Source: Eledone cirrhosa
Taxonomy: Eukaryota
Reading direction: 5' to 3'
Assembly (NCBI GenBank): GCA_964016885.1
Contig: OZ024741.1
Span: 209,746,001-209,810,000, forward strand
Length of the DNA stretch: 64,000 nt
The notes beneath the pieces were generated by a model that did not search any database, was not told the DNA's origin, and was given only the letters and a program-made list of their open reading frames with translations. Of the stretch, positions 1 to 12,400 are shown one piece after another. The position numbers were made by a program, and so were the translations under genes. Position 1 is the stretch's first letter. Every line of letters begins with the position of its first letter.

Positions 1-12
1 CAACCCTTAGTG

Positions 13-105
13 GGATCGATCTGTAATTACTGGTACATGTGCAGACACTCATTGGCTGTGTGTGGCCTGATTTTCAGAAAGATATCTCCGTAAAATAACG
101 AGTGG
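13..105 (+). repeat. Internal direct repeat copy A (present in every monomer)
   Basis: 37..96 aligns without gaps to 205..264 at 54/60 identity. Weaker similarity extends upstream (GGATCGATCTGTAATTAC vs GGATCGATTCGTAAATAC) and downstream (AACGAGTGG vs CAAGAGTTG). Confidence 0.93.
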
Positions 106-179
106 TGGCTGCGTAAAATAATGAATTACGCACGAAAATGAGAAAATTTCGATTCTCGATCGTGGGCCGGCCGGATGTC

Positions 180-273
180 GGATCGATTCGTAAATACAAG
201 GATAATGTGCGGACACTCCTTGGCTGTGTGCGGCATGATTTTCAGGACGATATCTCCGTAAAATCAAGAGTTG
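180..273 (+). repeat. Internal direct repeat copy B
   Basis: Partner of 13..105 at offset 167-168 bp. The two share the identical 16-mer GATATCTCCGTAAAAT (81..96 and 249..264). Confidence 0.93.
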
Positions 274-1040
274 ATAACCCCAACTTAACTTAACCCCAAC
301 TTAACTTAACCGCAACTTAACTTAACCGCAACCTAACTTAACCCCAACTTAACTTAACCGCAACCTAACTTAACCCAAACTTAAGTTAACCGCAACTTAA
401 CTTAACCCCAACCTAACTTAACCCCAACTTAACTTAACCGCAGCTTAACTTAACCGCAACCTAACTTAACCCCAACTTAACTTAACCGCAACTTAACCCC
501 AACTTAGCTTAACCCCAACCCTTGGTGGGATCGATCTGTAATTACTGGTACATGTGCAGACACTCATTGGCTGTGTGTGGCCTGATTTTTAGAAAGATAT
601 CTCCGTAAAATAACGAGTGGTGGCTGCGTAAAATAATGAATTACGCACGAAAATGAGAAAATTTCGATTCTCGATCGTGGGCCGGCCGGATGTCGGATCG
701 ATTCGTAAATACAAGGATAATGTGCGGACACTCCTTGGCTGTGTGCGGCATGATTTTCAGGACGATATCTCCGTAAAATCAAGAGTTGATAACCCCAACT
801 TAACTTAACCCCAACTTAACTTAACCGCAACTTTAATTAACCGCAACCTAACTTAACCCCGACTTAACTTAACCGCAACCTAACTTAACCCCAACTTAAC
901 TTAACCCCAACTTAACTTAACCCCAACCTAACTTAACCCCAACTTAACTTAACCGCAACTTAACTTAACCGCAACCTAACTTAACCCCAACTTAACTTAA
1001 CCGCAACTTAACTTAACCGCAACTTAGCTTAACCCCAACC

Positions 1041-1310
1041 CTTGGTGGGATCGATCTGTAATTACTGGTACATGTGCAGACACTCATTGGCTGTGTGTGG
1101 CCTGATTTTCAGAAAGATATCTCCGTAAAATAACGAGTGGTGGCTGCGTAAAATAATGAATTACGCACGAAAATGAGAAAATTTCGATTCTCGATCGTGG
1201 GCCGGCCGGATGTCGGATCGATTCGTAAATACAAGGATAATGTGCGGACACTCCTTGGCTGTGTGCGGCATGATTTTCAGGACGATATCTCCGTAAAATC
1301 AAGAGTTGAT
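1041..1310. repeat. Representative 270-bp core of the monomer (CTTGGTGGGATCGATC...AAGAGTTGAT)
   Basis: Near-invariant in length and sequence, with only a few SNPs or 1-2 bp indels per copy. 18 CpG counted in one copy, plus many short palindromes. Confidence 0.97.
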
Positions 1311-1560
1311 AACCCCAACTTAACTTAACCCCAACTTAACTTAACCGCAACTTAACTTAACCGCAACCTAACTTAACCCCAACTTAACTTAACCGCAACC
1401 TAACTTAACCCCAACTTAACTTAACCGCAACTTAACTTAACCCCAACCTAACTTAACCCCAACTTAACTTAACCGCAACTTAACTTAACCGCAACCTAAC
1501 TTAACCCCAACTTAACTTAACCGCAACTTAACTTAACCGCAACTTAGCTTAACCCCAACC
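1311..1560. repeat. Representative embedded minisatellite: 15 x 16 bp plus 10-bp cap AACCCCAACC
   Basis: Units are AACCCCAACTTAACTT (P), AACCGCAACTTAACTT (Q), AACCGCAACCTAACTT (R) and AACCCCAACCTAACTT (S), in the order P P Q R P R P Q S P Q R P Q Q*, where Q* ends in AGCTT. 240+10+270=520. Confidence 0.97.
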
Positions 1561-4500
1561 CTTGGTGGGATCGATCTGTAATTACTGGTATATGTGCAGA
1601 CACTCATTGGCTGTATGTGGCCTGATTTTCAGAAAGATATCTCCGTAAAATAACGAGTGGTGGCTGCGTAAAATAATGAATTACGCACGAAAATGAGAAA
1701 ATTTCGATTCTCGATCGTGGGCCGACCGGATGTCGGATCGATTCGTAAATACAAGGATAATGTGCGGACACTCCTTGGCTGTGTGCCGCATGATTTTCAG
1801 GACGATATCTCCGTAAAATCAAGAGTTGATAACCCCAACTTAACTTAACCCCAACTTAACTTAACCCCAACTTAACTTAACCCCAACTTAACTTAACCGC
1901 AACTTAACTTAACCGCAACCTAACTTAACCCCAACTTAGCTTAACCGCAACTTAACTTAACCCCAACCTAACTTAACCCCAACTTAACTTAACCGCAACT
2001 TAACTTAACCGCAACCTAACTTAACCCCAACTTAACTTAACCGCAACTTAACTTAACCGCAACTTAGCTTAACCCCAACCCTTGGTGGGATCGATCTGTA
2101 ATTACTGGTACATGTGCAGACACTCATTGGCTGTGTGTGGCCTGATTTTCAGAAAGATATCTCCGTAAAATAACGAGTGGTGGCTGCGTAAAATAATGAA
2201 TTACGCACGAAAATGAGAAAATTTCGATTCTCGATCGTGGGCCGGCCGGATGTCGGATCGATTCGTAAATACAAGGATAATGTGCGGACACTCCTTGGCT
2301 GTGTGCGGCATGATTTTCAGGACGATATCTCCGTAAAATCAAGAGTTGATAACCCCAACTTAACTTAACCCCAACTTAACTTAACCGCAACTTAACTTAA
2401 CCGCAACCTAACTTAACCCCAACTTAACTTAACCGCAACCTAACTTAACCCCAACTTAACTTAACCGCAACTTAACTTAACCCCAACCTAACTTAACCCC
2501 AACTTAACTTAACCGCAACTTAACTTAACCGCAACCTAACTTAACCCTAACTTAACTTAACCGCAACTTAACTTAACCGCAACTTAGCTTAACCCTAACC
2601 CTTGGTGGGATCGATCTGTAATTACTGGTACATGTGCAGACACTCATTGGCTGTGTGTGGCCTGATTTCCAGAAAGATATCTCCGTAAAATAACGAGTGG
2701 TGGCTGCGTAAAATAATGAATTACGCACGAAAATGAGAAAATTTCGATTCTCGATCGTGGGCCGGCCGGATGTCGGATCGATTCGTAAATACAAGGATAA
2801 TGTGCGGACACTCCTTGGCTGTGTGCGGCATGATTTTCAGGACGATATCTCCGTAAAATCAAGAGTTGATAACCCCAACTTAACTTAACCGCAACTTAAC
2901 TTAACCGCAACCTAACTTAACCCTAACTTAACTTAACCGCAACTTAACTTAACCGCAACTTAGCTTAACCCCAACCCTTAGTGGGATCGATCTGTAATTA
3001 CTGGTACATGTGCAGACACTCATTGGCTGTGTGTGGCCTGATTTTCAGAAAGATATCTCCGTAAAATAACGAGTGGTGGCTGCGTAAAATAATGAATTAC
3101 GCACGAAAATGAGAAAATTTCGATTCTCGATCGTGGGCCGGCCGGATGTCGGATCGATTCGTAAATACAAGGATAATGTGCGGACACTCCTTGGCTGTGT
3201 GCGGCATGATTTTCAGGACGATATCTCCGTAAAATCAAGAGTTGATAACCCCAACTTAACTTAACCCCAACTTAACTTAACCGCAACTTAACTTAACCGC
3301 AACCTAACTTAACCCCAACTTAACTTAACCGCAATCTAACTTAACCCAAACTTAAGTTAACCGCAACTTAACTTAACCCCAACCTAACTTAACCCCAACT
3401 TAACTTAACCGCAGCTTAACTTAACCGCAACCTAACTTAACCCCAACTTAACTTAACCGCAACTTAACCCCAACTTAGCTTAACCCCAACCCTTGGTGGG
3501 ATCGATCTGTAATTACTGGTACATGTGCAGACACTCATTGGCTGTGTGTGGCCTGATTTTTAGAAAGATATCTCCGTAAAATAACGAGTGGTGGCTGCGT
3601 AAAATAATGAATTACGCACGAAAATGAGAAAATTTCGATTCTCGATCGTGGGCCGGCCGGATGTCGGATCGATTCGTAAATACAAGGATAATGTGCGGAC
3701 ACTCCTTGGCTGTGTGCGGCATGATTTTCAGGACGATATCTCCGTAAAATCAAGAGTTGATAACCCCAACTTAACTTAACCCCAACTTAACTTAACCGCA
3801 ACTTTAATTAACCGCAACCTAACTTAACCCCGACTTAACTTAACCGCAACCTAACTTAACCCCAACTTAACTTAACCCCAACTTAACTTAACCCCAACCT
3901 AACTTAACCCCAACTTAACTTAACCGCAACTTAACTTAACCGCAACCTAACTTAACCCCAACTTAACTTAACCGCAACTTAACTTAACCGCAACTTAGCT
4001 TAACCCCAACCCTTGGTGGGATCGATCTGTAATTACTGGTACATGTGCAGACACTCATTGGCTGTGTGTGGCCTGATTTTCAGAAAGATATCTCCGTAAA
4101 ATAACGAGTGGTGGCTGCGTAAAATAATGAATTACGCACGAAAATGAGAAAATTTCGATTCTCGATCGTGGGCCGGCCGGATGTCGGATCGATTCGTAAA
4201 TACAAGGATAATGTGCGGACACTCCTTGGCTGTGTGCGGCATGATTTTCAGGACGATATCTCCGTAAAATCAAGAGTTGATAACCCCAACTTAACTTAAC
4301 CCCAACTTAACTTAACCGCAACTTAACTTAACCGCAACCTAACTTAACCCCAACTTAACTTAACCGCAACCTAACTTAACCCAAACTTAAGTTAACCGCA
4401 ACTTAACTTAACCCCAACCTAACTTAACCCCAACTTAACTTAACCGCAGCTTAACTTAACCGCAACCTAACTTAACCCCAACTTAACTTAACCGCAACTT

Positions 4501-7500
4501 AACCCCAACTTAGCTTAACCCCAACCCTTGGTGGGATCGATCTGTAATTACTGGTACATGTGCAGACACTCATTGGCTGTGTGTGGCCTGATTTTTAGAA
4601 AGATATCTCCGTAAAATAACGAGTGGTGGCTGCGTAAAATAATGAATTACGCACGAAAATGAGAAAATTTCGATTCTCGATCGTGGGCCGGCCGGATGTC
4701 GGATCGATTCGTAAATACAAGGATAATGTGCGGACACTCCTTGGCTGTGTGCGGCATGATTTTCAGGACGATATCTCCGTAAAATCAAGAGTTGATAACC
4801 CCAACTTAACTTAACCCCAACTTAACTTAACCGCAACTTTAATTAACCGCAACCTAACTTAACCCCGACTTAACTTAACCGCAACCTAACTTAACCCCAA
4901 CTTAACTTAACCCCAACTTAACTTAACCCCAACCTAACTTAACCCCAACTTAACTTAACCGCAACTTAACTTAACCGCAACCTAACTTAACCCCAACTTA
5001 ACTTAACCGCAACTTAACTTAACCGCAACTTAGCTTAACCCCAACCCTTGGTGGGATCGATCTGTAATTACTGGTACATGTGCAGACACTCATTGGCTGT
5101 GTGTGGCCTGATTTTCAGAAAGATATCTCCGTAAAATAACGAGTGGTGGCTGCGTAAAATAATGAATTACGCACGAAAATGAGAAAATTTCGATTCTCGA
5201 TCGTGGGCCGGCCGGATGTCGGATCGATTCGTAAATACAAGGATAATGTGCGGACACTCCTTGGCTGTGTGCGGCATGATTTTCAGGACGATATCTCCGT
5301 AAAATCAAGAGTTGATAACCCCAACTTAACTTAACCCCAACTTAACTTAACCGCAACTTAACTTAACCGCAACCTAACTTAACCCCAACTTAACTTAACC
5401 GCAACCTAACTTAACCCCAACTTAACTTAACCGCAACTTAACTTAACCCCAACCTAACTTAACCCCAACTTAACTTAACCGCAACTTAACTTAACCGCAA
5501 CCTAACTTAACCCCAACTTAACTTAACCGCAACTTAACTTAACCGCAACTTAGCTTAACCCCAACCCTTGGTGGGATCGATCTGTAATTACTGGTATATG
5601 TGCAGACACTCATTGGCTGTGTGTGGCCTGATTTTCAGAAAGATATCTCCGTAAAATAACGAGTGGTGGCTGCGTAAAATAATGAATTACGCACGAAAAT
5701 GAGAAAATTTCAATTCTCGATCGTGGGCCGACCGGATGTCGGATCGATTCGTAAATACAAGGATAATGTGCGGACACTCCTTGGCTGTGTGCCGCATGAT
5801 TTTCAGGACGATATCTCCGTAAAATCAAGAGTTGATAACCCCAACTTAACTTAACCCCAACTTAACTTAACCGCAACTTAACTTAACCGCAACCTAACTT
5901 AACCCCAACTTAACTTAACCGCAACCTAACTTAACCCCGACTTAACTTAACCGCAACTTAACTTAACCCCAACCTAACTTAACTCCAACTTAACTTAACC
6001 GCAACTTAACTTAACCGCAACCTAACTTAACCCCAACTTAACTTAACCGCAACTTAACCCCAACTTAGCTTAACCCCAACCCTTGGTGGGATCGATCTGT
6101 AATTACTGGTACATGTGCAGACACTCATTGGCTGTGTGTGGCCTGATTTTTAGAAAGATATCTCCGTAAAATAACGAGTGGTGGCTGCGTAAAATAATGA
6201 ATTACGCACGAAAATGAGAAAATTTCGATTCTCGATCGTGGGCCGGCCGGATGTCGGATCGATTCGTAAATACAAGGATAATGTGCGGACACTCCTTGGC
6301 TGTGTGCGGCATGATTTTCAGGACGATATCTCCGTAAAATCAAGAGTTGATATCCCCAACTTAACTTAACCCCAACTTAACTTAACCGCAACTTAACTTA
6401 ACCGCAACCTAACTTAACCCCAACTTAACTTAACCGCAACCTAACTTAACCCCAACTTAACTTAACCGCAACTTAACTTAACCGCAACTTAGCTTAACCC
6501 CAACCCTTGGTGGGATCGATCTGTAATTACTGGTACATGTGCAGACACTCATTGGCCGTGTGTGGCCTGATTTTCAGAAAGATATCTCCGTAAAATAACG
6601 AGTGGTGGCTGCGTAAAATAATGAATTACGCACGAAAATGAGAAAATTTCGATTCTCGATCGTGGGCCGGCCGGATGTCTGATCGATTCGTAAATACAAG
6701 GATAATGTGCGGACACTCCTTGGCTGTGTGCGGCATGATTTTCAGGACGATATCTCCGTAAAATCAAGAGTTGATAACCCCAACTTAACTTAACCCCAAC
6801 TTAACTTAACCGCAACTTAACTTAACCGCAACCTAACTTAACCCCAACTTAACTTAACCGCAACCTAACTTAACCCCAACTTAACTTAACCGCAACTTAA
6901 CTTAACCCCAACCTAACTTAACTCCAACTTAACTTAACCGCAACTTAACTTAACCGCAACCTAACTTAACCCCAACTTAATTTAACCGCAACTTAACTTA
7001 ACCGCAACTTAGCTTAACCCCAACCCTTGGTGGGATCGATCTGTAATTACTGGTACATGTGCAGACACTCATTGGCTGTGTGTGGCCTGATTTTCAGAAA
7101 GATATCTCCGTAAAATAACGAGTGGTGGCTGCGTAAAATAATGAATTACGCACGAAAATGAGAAAATTTCGATTCTCGATCGTGGGCCGGCCGGATGTCT
7201 GATCGATTCGTAAATACAAGGATAATGTGCGGACACTCCTTGGCTGTGTGCGGCATGATTTTCAGGACGATATCTCCGTAAAATCAAGAGTTGATAACCC
7301 CAACTTAACTTAACCCCAACTTAACTTAACCGCAACTTAACTTAACCGCAACCTAACTTAACCCCAACTTAACTTAACCGCAACCTAACTTAACCCCAAC
7401 TTAACTTAACCGCAACTTAACTTAACCCCAACCTAACTTAACCCCAACTTAACTTAACCGCAACTTAACTTAACCGCAACCTAACTTAACCCCAACTTAA

Positions 7501-9497
7501 CTTAACCGCAACTTAACTTAACCGCAACTTAGCTTAACCCCAACCCTAGGTGGGATCGATCTGTAATTACTGGTACATGTGCAGACACTCATTGGCTGTG
7601 TGTGGCCTGATTTTCAGAAAGATATCTCCGTAAAATAACGAGTGGTGGCTGCGTAAAATAATGAATTACGCACGAAAATGAGAAAATTTCGATTCTCGAT
7701 CGTGGGCCGGCCGGATGTCGGATCGATTCGTAAATACAAGGATAATGTGCGGACACTCCTTGGCTGTGTGCGGCATGATTTTCAGGACGATATCTCCGTA
7801 AAATCAAGAGTTGATATCCCCAACTTAACTTAACCCCAACTTAACTTAACCGCAACTTAACTTAACCGCAACCTAACTTAACCCCAACTTAACTTAACCG
7901 CAACCTAACTTAACCCCAACTTAACTTAACCGCAACTTAACTTAACCGCAACTTAGCTTAACCCCAACCCTTGGTGGGATCGATCTGTAATTACTGGTAC
8001 ATGTGCAGACACTCATTGGCCGTGTGTGGCCTGATTTTCAGAAAGATATCTCCGTAAAATAACGAGTGGTGGCTGCGTAAAATAATGAATTACGCACGAA
8101 AATGAGAAAATTTCGATTCTCGATCGTGGGCCGGCCGGATGTCTGATCGATTCGTAAATACAAGGATAATGTGCGGACACTCCTTGGCTGTGTGCGGCAT
8201 GATTTTCAGGACGATATCTCCGTAAAATCAAGAGTTGATAACCCCAACTTAACTTAACCCCAACTTAACTTAACCGCAACTTAACTTAACCGCAACCTAA
8301 CTTAACCCCAACTTAACTTAACCGCAACCTAACTTAACCCCAACTTAACTTAACCGCAACTTAACTTAACCCCAACCTAACTTAACCCCAACTTAACTTA
8401 ACCGCAACTTAACTTAACCGCAACCTAACTTAACCCCAACTTAACTTAACCGCAACTTAACTTAACCGCAAATTAGCTTAACCCCAACCCTCGGTGGGAT
8501 CGATCTGTAATTACTGGTACATGTGCAGACACTCATTGGCTGTGTGTGGCCTGATTTTCAGAAAGATATCTCCGTAAAATAACGAGTGGTGGCTGCGTAA
8601 AATAATGAATTACGCACGAAAATGAGAAAATTTCGATTCTCGATCGTGGGCCGGCCGGATGTCGGATCGATTCGTAAATACAAGGATAATGTGCGGACAC
8701 TCCTTGGCTGTGTGCGGCATGATTTTCAGGACGATATCTCCGTAAAATCAAGAGTTGATAACCCCAACTTAACTTAACCCCAACTTAACTTAACCGCAAC
8801 TTAACTTAACCGCAACCTAACTTAACCCCAACTTAACTTAACCGCAACTTAACTTAACCCCAACCTAACTTAACCCCAACTTAACTTAACCGCAACTTAA
8901 CTTAACCGCAACCTAACTTAACCCAAACTTAACTTAACCGCAACTTAACTTAACCGCAACTTAGCTTAACCCCAACCCTTGGTGGGATCGATCTGTAATT
9001 ACTGGTACATGTGCAGACACTCATTGGCTGTGTGTGGCCTGATTTTCAGAAAGATATCTCCGTAAAATAACGAGTGGTGGCTGCGTAAAATAATGAATTA
9101 CGCACGAAAATGAGAAAATTTCGATTCTCGATCGTGGGCCGGCCGGATGTCGGATCGATTCCTAAATAGAAGGATAATGTGCGGACACTCCTTGGCTGTG
9201 TGCGGCATGATTTTCAGGACGATATCTCCGTAAAATCAAGAGTTGATAACCCCAACTTAACTTAACCCCAACTTAACTTAACCGCAACTTAACTTAACCG
9301 CAACCTAACTTAACCCCAACTTAACTTAACCGCAACCTAACTTAACCCCAACTTAACTTAACCGCAACTTAACTTAACCCCAACCTAACTTAACTCCAAC
9401 TTAACTTAACCGCAACTTAACTTAACCGCAACCTAACTTAACCCCAACTTAATTTAACCGCAACTTAACTTAACCGCAACTTAGCTTAACCCCAACC

Positions 9498-12400
9498 CTT
9501 GGTGGGATCGATCTGTAATTACTGGTACATGTGCAGACACTCATTGGCTGTGTGTGGCCTGATTTTCAGAAAGATATCTCCGTAAAATAACGAGTGGTGG
9601 CTGCGTAAAATAATGAATTACGCACGAAAATGAGAAAATTTCGATTCTCGATCGTGGGCCGGCCGGATGTCGGATCGATTCGTAAATACAAGGATAATGT
9701 GCGGACACTCCTTGGCTGTGTGCGGCATGATTTACAGGACGATATCTCCGTAAAATCAAGAGTTGATAACCCCAACTTAACTTAACCCCAACTTAACTTA
9801 ACCGCAACTTAACTTAACCGCAACCTAACTTAACCCCAACTTAACTTAACCGCAACCTAACTTAACCCCAACTTAACTTAACCGCAACTTAACTTAACCC
9901 CAACCTAACTTAACCCCAACTTAACTTAACCGCAACTTAACTTAACCGCAACCTAACTTAACCCCAACTTAACTTAACCGCAACTTAACTTAACCGCAAC
10001 TTAGCTTAACCCCAACGCTTGGTGGGATCGATCTGTAATTACTGGTACATGTGCAGACACTCATTGGCTGTGTGTGGCCTGATTTTCAGAAAGATATCTC
10101 CGTAAAATAACGAGTGGTGGCTGCGTAAAATAATGAATTATGCACGAAAATGAGAAAATTTCGATTCTCGATCGTGGGCCGGCCGGATGTCGCATCGATT
10201 CGTAAATAGAAGGATAATGTGCGGACACTCCTTGGTTGTGTGCGGCATGATTTTCAGGACGATATCTCCGTAAAATCAAGAGTTGATAACCCCAACTTAA
10301 CTTAACCCCAACTTAACTTAACCGCAACTTAACTTAACCGCAACTTAACTTAACCGCAAACTAACTTAACCCCAACTTAACTTAACCGCAACCTAACTTA
10401 ACCCCAACTTAACTTAACCGCAACTTAACTTAACCCCAACCTAACTTAACCCCAACTTAACTTAACCGCAACTTAACTTAACCGCAACCTAACTTAACCC
10501 TAACTTAACTTAACCGCAACTTAACTTAACCGCAACTTAGCTTAACCCCAACCCTTGGTGGGATCGATCTGTAATTACTGGTACATGTGCAGACACTCAT
10601 TGGCTGTCTGTGGCCTGATTTTCAGAAAGATATCTCCGTAAAATAACGAGTGGTGGCTGCGTAAAATAATGAATTACGCACGAAAATGAGAAAATTTCGA
10701 TTCTCGATCGTGGGCCGGCCGGATGTCGGATCGATTCGTAAATACAAGGATAATGTGCGGAAACTCCTTGCCTGTGTGCCGCATGATTTTCAGGACGATA
10801 TCTCCGTAAAATCAAGAGTTGATAACCCCAACTTAACTTAACCCCAACTTAACTTAACCGCAACTTAACTTAACCGCAACCTAACTTAACCCCAACTTAA
10901 CTTAACCGCAACCTAACTTAACCCCAACTTAACTTAACCGCAACTTAACTTAACCCCAACCTAACTTAACCCCAACTTAACTTAACCGCAACTTAACTTA
11001 ACCGCAACCTAACTTAACCCCAACTTAACTTAACCGCAACTTAACTTAACCGCAACTTAGCTTAACCCCAACCCTTGGTGGGATTGATCTGTAATTACTG
11101 GTACATGTGCAGACACTCATTGGCTGTGTGTGGCCTGATTTTCAGAAAGATATCTCCGTAAAATAACGAGTGGTGGCTGTGTAAAATAATGAATTACGCA
11201 CGAAAATGAGAAAATTTCGATTCTCGATCGTGGGCCGGCCGGATGTCGGATCGATTCGTAAATACAAGGATAATGTGCGGACACTCCTTGCCTGTGAGCC
11301 GCATGATTTTCAGGACGATATCTCCGTAAAATCAAGAGTTGATAACCCCAACTTAACTTAACCCCAACTTAACTTAACCGCAACTTAACTTAACCGCAAC
11401 CTAACTTAACCCCAACTTAACTTAACCGCAACCTAACTTAACCCCAACTTAACTTAACCGCAACTTAACTTAACCCGAACCTAACTTAACCCCAACTTAA
11501 CTTAACCGCAACTTAACTTAACCGCAACCTAACTTAACCCCAACTTAACTTAACCGCAACTTAACTTAACCGCAACTTAGCTTAACCCCAACCCTTAGTG
11601 GGATCGATCTGTAATTACTGGTACATGTGCAGACACTCATTGGCTGTGTGTGGCCTGATTTTCAGAAAGATATCTCCGTAAAATAACGAGTGGTGGCTGC
11701 GTAAAATAATGAATTACGCACGAAAATGAGAAAATTTCGATTCTCGATCGTGGGCCGGCTGGTTGTCGGATCGATTCGTAAATACAAGGATAATGTGCGG
11801 ACACTCCTTGCCTGTGTGCCGCATGATTTTCAGGACGATATCTCCGTAAAATCAAGAGTTGATAACCCCAACTTAACTTAACCCCAACTTAACTTAACCG
11901 CAACTTAACTTAACCGCAACCTAACTTAACCCCAACTTAACTTAACCGCAACCTAACTTAACCCCAACTTAACTTAACCGCAACTTAACTTAACCCCAAC
12001 CTAACTTAACCCCAACTTAACTTAACCGCAACTTAACTTAACCGCAACCTAACTTAACCCCAGCTTAACTTAACCGCAACTTAACTTAACCGCAACTTAG
12101 CTTAACCCCAACCCTTGGTGGGATCGATCTGTAATTACTGGTACATGTGCAGACACTCATTGGCTGTGTGTGGCCTGATTTTCAGAAAGATATCTCCGTA
12201 AAATAACGAGTGGTGGCTGCGTAAAATAATGAATTACGCACGAAAATGAGAAAATTTCGATTCTCGATCGTGGGCCGGCCGGATGTCGGATCGATTCGTA
12301 AATACAAGGATAATGTGCGCACACTCCTTGGCTGTGTGCGGCATGATTTTCAGGACGATATCTCCGTAAAATCAAGAGTTGATAACCCCAACTTAACTTA

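Larger units (their letters stand above)
1..9497. repeat. HOR domain 1: local duplications with periods 2971 bp (6-mer), 1035 bp (2-mer), 4006 bp and 1464 bp (3-mer)
   Basis: A 515-bp monomer followed by the TTTTTAGAAAG variant recurs at ORF-track ends 782/3753/4788/6343. The GGCCGACCGG variant occurs at 1822/5828. A 424-bp monomer with GATATCCCC followed by TGGCCGTG occurs at 6767/8231. Confidence 0.8.

Noticed and set aside
106-190. Pol III promoter or tRNA-derived SINE (GATCGATTC at 181..189 fits B-box GWTCRANNC)
   Set aside because: The upstream A-box candidate (TGGCTGCGTAAA) is poor, no cloverleaf is evident, and such a short degenerate match is plausible by chance.
60-260. Satellite-encoded hammerhead ribozyme
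   Set aside because: The CTGANGA catalytic core is absent on both strands (only CTGATTT and CTGAAAA are present). An Infernal/Rfam scan would be the definitive test.
49-267. 72-aa - strand ORF (MILRRYRPENH...) in most monomers, as a tandem gene array
   Set aside because: It has a TTG start and no recognisable domain. The repeated ILRRY...HSQ motif simply mirrors the DNA direct repeat. Many copies carry stops or frameshifts (e.g. at 9.1, 12.7, 20.5, 30.2 and 48.7 kb), and many variants change amino acids, so there is no sign of coding constraint.
13-273. A/B repeats as LTRs of a tandem TRIM retroelement
   Set aside because: There are no consistent TG...CA ends on both copies, and no primer-binding site or polypurine tract.
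276-520. True telomeric tract or vertebrate TTAGGG repeats
   Set aside because: TTAGG occurs only as isolated words, CCCTAA occurs only as sporadic SNP variants, and the tracts are short and regularly interrupted by the core.
1311-1561. Strong G-quadruplex array on the - strand
   Set aside because: The GGGG runs are mostly separated by 12-44 nt and about half the units are interrupted (GCGG), so the canonical short-loop G4 pattern is not met.
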